Of a stretch of 64,000 nt of DNA, positions 55,018 through 61,945 are shown piece after piece; within the stretch, counting starts at the first letter, position 1; each line of letters starts with the position of its first letter. The notes beneath the pieces are model-generated. The model did no database searches. It saw only the letters and a list, made by a program, of their open reading frames with translations, and had not been told where the DNA came from. Position numbers and translations under genes: made by a program. The DNA lies in assembly GCA_965367815.1 (NCBI GenBank), contig CBDUKN010000003.1, forward strand, positions 68,794-132,793, given 5' to 3'. This stretch comes from an uncultured Thermoprotei archaeon. GTDB taxonomy: Archaea; Thermoproteota; Thermoprotei; Thermofilales; B15-G2.

Positions 55018-58000
55018 CTACTCTTCTTTCAGATACTTTGACAGCTCTTCTTTAGCTGTCTTGATGTAGCGCTTGCGGTCGGCTAGAGTCAGTGCTCTCC
55101 ACATCAATAGCTGCTTTCTTACAGCGTCGGCGAACTTTCTTACTCCTCTCCTGTAGACGTAGTCTATTCCGCTTACTCTATTTATGTCAAGTGTTGTTTT
55201 AACTATTTGTGAGCCAGCTGGTACGTGGAAGTGCAGATCGCTGGTCATTACTACTCCGCTGTCGAAAGGCTTCACTTTAACGGTAGTGTGCAGTATAGTT
55301 GTCTCGCCTTCGGCCGAGACTTTCTTGCATAACTCGATTTTATCTATCATGAAGTCTGCTGCTGTCTCAGATCTGTGCAGGTTGAAGTATTCTATGAGGT
55401 AGTTTATTAGACCGTCTAGCTCAAGTGGGCTTACCACTACTGGGATATTAATCATGTAGCGGTCTCCTCTTTTGATACCTACTGTCTCTATACGCCATCT
55501 GCGCTCGAAGGACGGCGTTACTGCTTTAGATGCGACTGATACAGGGTATATTGCGGCTGTAAGCGTAATGAGTATTGATAGTCCTACTGCACCAGCTACC
55601 CATGAAGATGAGGTGTTCAACACTAGGCCTGGTATTAGCTTAGGCAGTACTATTCCGCAGAGGTAGCCTAGTACTCCTGAGACGACACCTATAATCATGA
55701 ATTCTAGTAGGAACAGTCCAGCCACGTGTGTCGGCGACAGACCTATAGAGCTCAGTATAGAGACTTCTCTTTTGCGCTCGTAGACTGCGCTCAGACATGT
55801 GTTGAGTATAATGAACACTAGTATTCCCACAGGAATTAGTGCTTCTCTACCGATAACCTGTTCTGAGAGTATTTTAGCATATACTCTTACTTCCTTGTCT
55901 TTTGCAGCACATATCTTGTATTTAATTCTGTAAGTTAATCTCTGGGCAATTTCATACACTTTACTTGGGTCTTCGAGCACTACTGCTACAGAGAAGACCG
56001 CGCCGTGGTGTCTTAAAACAACCTTGTAGGGGACTATGATTATTTCCTCGCCTTCAAGTCTACGCGCCTCTAAAGCCTGTACACGGCCGCCTCCAGGAGC
56101 CTCTATAGCTAGAGGTGTCACTAAGTCGTTATTCGGGTCTCTAATCGACTCAAGCCACTCTGCATTGAATATTCCTACTACTTTGAGTGCTTCTCCTTCG
56201 AACGTTAAGTAGTCTCCTATACTTATATTATACTGAGTTGCCAGTATGTCAGGTATTAAACACTCTTTTACATCGTCTGAAGAGAAGTACTGGCCTATAA
56301 TATAGCCTTTCTTGAGAGCGTCTTCAATATATGTGTACCTCTCTCCTTGAGAGAGCCCTAAAATACCCTTTACAAAAATCATTCTTCCCTTATAGATTAG
56401 CTCGTATCCTTCTTTTCTCTCACCGCCTCTCATTACTTCGGGCCTAATAAACTGTATTAGTCCCCTTTCAAGATACGCTCTAGGAGCTATTGCTTTAATA
56501 ATGTCTGAGAGCTCTCCTTTAAACTGTGTTATGGCCTCAAGTGGAACAGGAGCTATTTCTCCACGTACTATCAGTAGGCCGTCGTAGGTTATGGCGTGTT
56601 CGGGTAGTTTGTAGTGTTCTATAAGAGTTACGATTTTAGTAGTTGTAACCGAGAGTGTACTGACTAGAGTAGCTACTACGACCATTAGCGAGACCATTGT
56701 TAGTCCTGTTCTAAGTTTACGTCTCCTGAGGTTACCCGCGCCTAGAGAAGCAGCCATTATTAGTGCGCTAGCTCTGCTTATGTCAGAGAAGTGTACTCCC
56801 GTAGTTTTCAGGCGGAACTTCTTTGCCGTTTCAATAACCCTTGACAGTATTAGCCCGAGAGGTGCCATTATAACAAATATCAGAACAAAAGCTATCACAA
56901 CTAGGGGCGCATTTGATGCTAGCGCAAGGGCTGGGTGCACAAAGTACATTATAGAAGTCGAAGTGACTAGGAGAAGTGCTATTGCGAGAGCTCTCTTGCG
57001 CAGCGACTCGAAGTTAAAGAACAGTCTTTCGGCGAGAAACGCGAATGGTAAGGCTAGTAGAAGGAAGATTGCTGCCGCGAAGCTTGTATCTATCATTGTT
57101 CTCCTGAGGTCGTCGTATACTGCTCTATAGTAGCTCCAAGCAGCAATAGCTAGAGCTATGCCTTTCTCATACTTCTTCTTGGCTATAGCTTCTTCTGCTT
57201 TCTTGAGAGTCTCGTTGGCTATCTCAAAGTAATGTAATATTGTAGGCAAGTAGAGCTGATGAGCCAATGCTTTGTGCATGTACTGGCTACATAGTAGCTG
57301 GAACTCCTTGGCGTAGACTAGTGGAGAGCACTTGATTAATACTTGCTCACAGCCTGTAGGTGTTATACCGTATCCACTATTAGTGAGTACTACTAGGTGG
57401 TATGTTGAGTAAGATGGGAATATTATAACATCCCATGGAGGACCAGGAGGTATTGAGGGATCTGCACTGACATAAATTGCAACGTAAGGTCTCAGAGTTT
57501 CTCTAGACATTGTGTGCCACTTGAGGTCATAGTTTAAGCCAAAGTATCTTGTGCTGCTCTTAGTGTTGTGGTTCACTACGAGTATAACCGGTATCAGTGG
57601 CTGTAGAGACTCTGGGTCAAGGAGGTCGGAGAGTATTATTGTAGCAGCCTTGAAGAGCGAGGTTCTCACTGTATATTCAGGGGCATTTATTCTAACGCGG
57701 AAGCTTGGGAGAGCTGTATCACCCATGTTAGGCATGTATCTATCTCCGGTCTTGTAGTCAAACTTGTATGCATAGAAGCTGTAAGGACCTCTATTGTGTG
57801 GAGCAAGCGCCTTAAGCACAGCAATACCATGTTCATCTGTCTTAACTATAATTTGGTGGTTTACACTAGATGAAATAAAGTTAAACTGCGCCACTACTAA
57901 TGCCTCGGGCACCGGGTGATACCTCTGCTCTGCCTCTGAGTACTCTTCGACAGAAACTATTGCTTTCGGTATGTTACGCTGGTCTACTCTACTGAACTCT

Positions 58001-59502
58001 AGTGGGAAGGGCGCGTCAGCTGAAGCAAGTTTCTCTAGCCATACTACGGCAATAAACGCGTAGTAAATAGAGTTAGATAGCCGTGAAGCCGTGCTCATGT
58101 AGGTGTCCGCTGGAGTGCCTCTGAGTGGAGAATACGTGTCTGCGGTTATAGCTATACCGTATCCTCCAGCCTGCACAAGAGGCTCTATTTCAAAGTATTT
58201 TCTCCAGAGGAGCTGGTAACTATCTGGGTTATAGTAGGGTGAAGCTGTTATTATTCCTTCTTGTGTAATAAGGTTAAAGAGAACAGATTTTTCTTTATAT
58301 AGGAATTCTATTAGATCCAGTATACCAAAGTCGGGGTTGCTGAAGAAACTTTCTTCGGTGAGCCTCTTACTTTCGGGAGTTGCTCCATAGAAAGCTCCAG
58401 CGTCGAGTAAGGCTATACGTGTTTCGCCTTTAGGCTCGTAGTATGCAGATGGGTCTAAGTGAATCATTAGCTTAATGTCTGTTAAGTTTATTGGAGCCAG
58501 AGGCTTTTCAAAAGCATGAGAGAAAGCAAATTCTCTCGCACCCGCGAGAGCTTGGTGATGTCCTGAGAAAGCAATAAAAGCTACAGTACGTAAAGGCTTT
58601 TCGTCCTTAAATAGCTTAGCTATAGCCAGTAGAGAGGATATGCCTAGTGCTTCATCTGCACCAGGAGACCAGGCCGGAGCAACAGACCATGAATCAAAGT
58701 AAGCTGTCAATGCGACAACTTCATCAGAATATTTAGAGCCTTTCTTGAGCGCTATAATGTTATATGCTGCAACATTCTCGAAAGTCATATTCACTACTAT
58801 TTTTGCCTTAACTCTTTCTCCAGCATCGAGCTCTGAGAGGATATCCTTGAAGTCGTTCCAGTCTACAGCGAGCCTAGGAGCGTATATAGGTAGCTCAGAA
58901 AACTTGTCTGCTGCCTCAATTTGAGTTACACTTCCTGAAAGAGGATTAACTACAAAGATAATTGCTTTAGCGCCTAGAGAAATAGCTCTCATCCACTCAT
59001 ATCCGCTGTCGAACTCCATGACCACGATCTTGTTGTCAATATCCTTCCCGTTCATTTCTTCTTTGCCGTGTCCAATGTAAACTAGCTCAGCTGTAATACC
59101 GTTAGGAGTATAGCATGTTTCAACAAGGTTAGGGACCAAAGCATAAGCTTTAATGACCTTATGATAAGGAGACAGGATCTCAACATAAGAGCCATAGTCT
59201 ATTGGAACCGTTACAGTAAAGTTCTCTACATAAACATCATACCCATAGCTTTTGAGAGATTCGACAATGTAGTTTACTGACTCGTAGTAGCCCGGATAGC
59301 CTACAACTCTAGAGCCTCTCGAGGCGAAGAACTCTAAGTGTGTCCTTACTTCAGTCGAATAGTACTTGGAAAATTCATTTAGCTTAGTTTCATAGGCGTC
59401 TCCCGCGGACAGAAGAGGTAGTTGCATTTGGGGTATACATAGTATAGTTAGTACTAGAATTAATGCAATGGTCTTTATGTTACCGGATCTTACAACCGGC
59501 AT
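55018..59502 (-). CDS. Fusion protein: signal peptide, PA-domain/M28-like head, beta-rich region, helical stalk, TM bundle, FtsX/MacB-type permease module, and a conserved cytoplasmic C-terminal domain
   Basis: 1494 aa. PA domain: NGKDIDNKIVVMEFDSGYEWMRAISLGAKAIIFV. M28-like: LTAYFDSWSVAPAWSPGADEALGISSLLAIAKLF and FIAFSGHHQALAGAREF. FtsX TM1: GAGNLRRRKLRTGLTMVSLMVVVATLVSTL. PCD-like loop: ...ECLIPDILATQYNISIGDYLTFEGEALKVVGIF. TM2-4 include VYERKREVSILSSIGLSPTHV. The 166-aa C-terminal domain is homologous to that of ORF 47546..51148. Confidence 0.75.
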   Translation of the reverse strand: MPVVRSGNIKTIALILVLTILCIPQMQLPLLSAGDAYETKLNEFSKYYSTEVRTHLEFFASRGSRVVGYPGYYESVNYIVESLKSYGYDVYVENFTVTVPIDYGSYVEILSPYHKVIKAYALVPNLVETCYTPNGITAELVYIGHGKEEMNGKDIDNKIVVMEFDSGYEWMRAISLGAKAIIFVVNPLSGSVTQIEAADKFSELPIYAPRLAVDWNDFKDILSELDAGERVKAKIVVNMTFENVAAYNIIALKKGSKYSDEVVALTAYFDSWSVAPAWSPGADEALGISSLLAIAKLFKDEKPLRTVAFIAFSGHHQALAGAREFAFSHAFEKPLAPINLTDIKLMIHLDPSAYYEPKGETRIALLDAGAFYGATPESKRLTEESFFSNPDFGILDLIEFLYKEKSVLFNLITQEGIITASPYYNPDSYQLLWRKYFEIEPLVQAGGYGIAITADTYSPLRGTPADTYMSTASRLSNSIYYAFIAVVWLEKLASADAPFPLEFSRVDQRNIPKAIVSVEEYSEAEQRYHPVPEALVVAQFNFISSSVNHQIIVKTDEHGIAVLKALAPHNRGPYSFYAYKFDYKTGDRYMPNMGDTALPSFRVRINAPEYTVRTSLFKAATIILSDLLDPESLQPLIPVILVVNHNTKSSTRYFGLNYDLKWHTMSRETLRPYVAIYVSADPSIPPGPPWDVIIFPSYSTYHLVVLTNSGYGITPTGCEQVLIKCSPLVYAKEFQLLCSQYMHKALAHQLYLPTILHYFEIANETLKKAEEAIAKKKYEKGIALAIAAWSYYRAVYDDLRRTMIDTSFAAAIFLLLALPFAFLAERLFFNFESLRKRALAIALLLVTSTSIMYFVHPALALASNAPLVVIAFVLIFVIMAPLGLILSRVIETAKKFRLKTTGVHFSDISRASALIMAASLGAGNLRRRKLRTGLTMVSLMVVVATLVSTLSVTTTKIVTLIEHYKLPEHAITYDGLLIVRGEIAPVPLEAITQFKGELSDIIKAIAPRAYLERGLIQFIRPEVMRGGERKEGYELIYKGRMIFVKGILGLSQGERYTYIEDALKKGYIIGQYFSSDDVKECLIPDILATQYNISIGDYLTFEGEALKVVGIFNAEWLESIRDPNNDLVTPLAIEAPGGGRVQALEARRLEGEEIIIVPYKVVLRHHGAVFSVAVVLEDPSKVYEIAQRLTYRIKYKICAAKDKEVRVYAKILSEQVIGREALIPVGILVFIILNTCLSAVYERKREVSILSSIGLSPTHVAGLFLLEFMIIGVVSGVLGYLCGIVLPKLIPGLVLNTSSSWVAGAVGLSILITLTAAIYPVSVASKAVTPSFERRWRIETVGIKRGDRYMINIPVVVSPLELDGLINYLIEYFNLHRSETAADFMIDKIELCKKVSAEGETTILHTTVKVKPFDSGVVMTSDLHFHVPAGSQIVKTTLDINRVSGIDYVYRRGVRKFADAVRKQLLMWRALTLADRKRYIKTAKEELSKYLKEE

Positions 59503-59703
59503 CGAATCCTATTCTTTTAAACAATCTAATTAAATTTTCGCCGACAAATAAATTCCTTTCTAACTTTAACTTAAAGAAGAAGCCCTAGACTACGTATAGT
59601 TCTACTTCTACTGAGTACTCAGCCGGATAAACACACTGAAAACACTTTCAACTGAATACTTATTTAACTATGTAAAATTCAATATATTAAGTGGTAACTG
59701 TAG

Positions 59704-59720
59704 CAGACTCCACCAGTCTG
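59704..59720. promoter_or_regulatory. Perfect 6-5-6 palindrome CAGACT-N5-AGTCTG in the divergent intergenic region
   Basis: cagactccaccagtctg, read directly from the sequence. It lies about 27 bp upstream of the TATA-like box for the 59783 gene, within the 280-bp region between the divergent genes 55018..59502 and 59783..61768. It is a candidate operator only. Confidence 0.2.
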
Positions 59721-59746
59721 TTCAGTATATATACTTTACTGTAGGG

Positions 59747-59754
59747 TTTAAATA
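59747..59754 (+). promoter_or_regulatory. TATA-like box (TTTAAATA) for gene 59783..61768
   Basis: TTTAAATA ends 28 nt before ATG 59783. This spacing is consistent with an archaeal TATA box at about -26 and a leaderless or short-leader transcript. It supports ATG 59783 over the TTG at 59756 used by the ORF track. Confidence 0.35.
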
Positions 59755-59782
59755 GTTGAGTTGTTATAACTCTGCGACCCGT

Positions 59783-61768
59783 ATGTCTGAAGGAACTGGT
59801 AAGACCGAAGTGACCGAGAAGGGACTAGCTGCCTACAGACTGCCCATAAAGGGTCTAATACTAGGCATAATCGGAATGCTCCTCGCTGTATGGATTATCA
59901 AAATAATCGGCCCTGTCAGCGGCTTCCTACCCACAGCTGAAACATCATTAATGTTCATTATCCTCATAGCCTTAATAACATCATTCCTGCCTCCTAAGCT
60001 CAGGCTATCAATGGAAGACTATGTAGTAATCTTCGCTATGATCTACGCGGCTCCAGCTGTGAGCGATGGTTCATTATTCTTCTCTCTACCAATATGGATT
60101 CATACAGATGTATATTCCTGGCTCAACAGTATGAAGGCACAAGGCCTAGTGCCTTCTTGGGTCTTCGGACCCAAGGAACTATACGACTTAGCTCTTAAAG
60201 GAGGAGTATCTCCACCATGGGGACAGCTAACCCCATGGATACTGACAGGATTTGTTGTCACAATAGCTTACGCTCTAGCCTACATGCTCGCCGCCGCTGC
60301 CTTCAGAAGGCAGGTAATTGAAGTAGAGAGAATAGTCTTCCCGGTAGCTACAGCCACATACACTTCAGTAATAAGCGCTTACGCGGTGGGAGAAGAAGCC
60401 AAGGCCCCTCTACTAGGCACTAAGAGAAACTGGATGATTGTAGGACTCTTAGTAGGATTCCTCCTAACAGCCTTCACTGAAGGATACTTAGTCTCAAGAG
60501 TAGCACCCTGGCTACCAGTAATACCAGGCACCACTGATCTCTCGCCACAACTATGGAAAGCCGTGCCCGGCCTAATGCTAGACATGTATTGGAACAGCTT
60601 CTTCCCATGGAGCTTCTTTGGATTCTTCTTCCCAATGGAGAGCCTGATAGGCATCAGTATAGGCGCTATCGTAACATACATGATACTGCTACCACTAGAA
60701 ATTAGAATGGGACTAATACCTTCGTTCGACATGTCCATGAGCAAAGAAGACGTATGGTTCTATGCGTTCAGAGTTGAGGGTTTCAAGTTCTTCTTCGGAG
60801 CAGTAGCTATGATCAACGCTGTAGTGATCGCATACTATATTACAGGTCTCAAGTCACTAAGAGAAACATGGAAAGAGAACCCTGAAGACGCATTCGGCCG
60901 CTACAGAACAACAGCCATACTAGCTATTGTAGGCATACTTGTGTTCCTAGCAGTAGGCGTAATTTTTGGAGGATTCCTCCCAGCAATATTCCTCATAGCA
61001 CTAGACATACTGTTCCTCGCCAACATGTTCTGGATTCGCGGCATTGGAGAATGTAACTTAATGTGGAGTGTCTGGGCCGTCTACTTTATGGATGCACTAC
61101 AGATTTGTGAAGTAATGGGTGTTGTCCAGAGAGGTGTAGGTGAAGTAACACCTATGCTAGTAGGAACATACGCTCCAATGATGCTAGCATTAGAGACTTC
61201 AAGTATGGCTGGAGTAGCCTACATGGAGACAAGCAGATTCGCTTTCTTAGCCAAAGTCAGTCCCAAGAAAGTTGCAGCAGCTCTCATAGTAGGCTTCATT
61301 ATTGCATACTTCATTGAATCCATTATTTCAGCTCAGTTAACATTCCAGTTCGGCATAAGGCACGACTACTTTGGTGCATGGGGCTACGGATACTACATAT
61401 TCTTCTATCCATATAGAGCTATTCACCAAGTAGACGTTATTGAGGCCTGGTACTCGCTAAGCGGCGCAGCTATACCCTTCTATGCCTTCTGTTTCATACT
61501 AGGCTTCGCATTAACGTTCGCTAGATACAGGTGGGCTATACCAATAAGCGCTATCGGTCTAGCCTTCGGCATGGGCCTAGATCCATGGAGCTTCGGCTAC
61601 ACGTTCATACCATACCTCGTCATCAAGTGGCTAATGCTCAAGCTAGGTGGCACTAAGCTAGTAGAGCAAGTAGGTGCACCATTCTTCGCCGGTGCCTCTG
61701 CCGGAGGAATGCTAGCAGCCTTCTTCGCAGGCATTGCTGCATACTACCAGGCAATATACGGAGGATAG
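59783..61768 (+). CDS. Polytopic membrane transporter-like protein (possible OPT superfamily), paralog 2
   Basis: 661 aa from ATG 59783 (MSEGTGKTEVTEKG...), comparable to the paralog's N-terminus MSGKTEASVTG.... Size and polytopic character are similar. An oligo-T run follows the stop. Confidence 0.45.
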   Translation: MSEGTGKTEVTEKGLAAYRLPIKGLILGIIGMLLAVWIIKIIGPVSGFLPTAETSLMFIILIALITSFLPPKLRLSMEDYVVIFAMIYAAPAVSDGSLFFSLPIWIHTDVYSWLNSMKAQGLVPSWVFGPKELYDLALKGGVSPPWGQLTPWILTGFVVTIAYALAYMLAAAAFRRQVIEVERIVFPVATATYTSVISAYAVGEEAKAPLLGTKRNWMIVGLLVGFLLTAFTEGYLVSRVAPWLPVIPGTTDLSPQLWKAVPGLMLDMYWNSFFPWSFFGFFFPMESLIGISIGAIVTYMILLPLEIRMGLIPSFDMSMSKEDVWFYAFRVEGFKFFFGAVAMINAVVIAYYITGLKSLRETWKENPEDAFGRYRTTAILAIVGILVFLAVGVIFGGFLPAIFLIALDILFLANMFWIRGIGECNLMWSVWAVYFMDALQICEVMGVVQRGVGEVTPMLVGTYAPMMLALETSSMAGVAYMETSRFAFLAKVSPKKVAAALIVGFIIAYFIESIISAQLTFQFGIRHDYFGAWGYGYYIFFYPYRAIHQVDVIEAWYSLSGAAIPFYAFCFILGFALTFARYRWAIPISAIGLAFGMGLDPWSFGYTFIPYLVIKWLMLKLGGTKLVEQVGAPFFAGASAGGMLAAFFAGIAAYYQAIYGG

Positions 61769-61945
61769 GGTAATAAAATCTTAATTATTTACCATTATTT
61801 TTTCCAAATCTACTTTCTGACATAAGATTGCGTTTACTTGTTTTTAATGTAGAAAGATATAGCTCTAATTTACTCTAATTATTCTAACAAGAATTTCTAT
61901 CGATGATAAAATATTTATTGAGGAGGTTAATTCAGAATAATAGCT

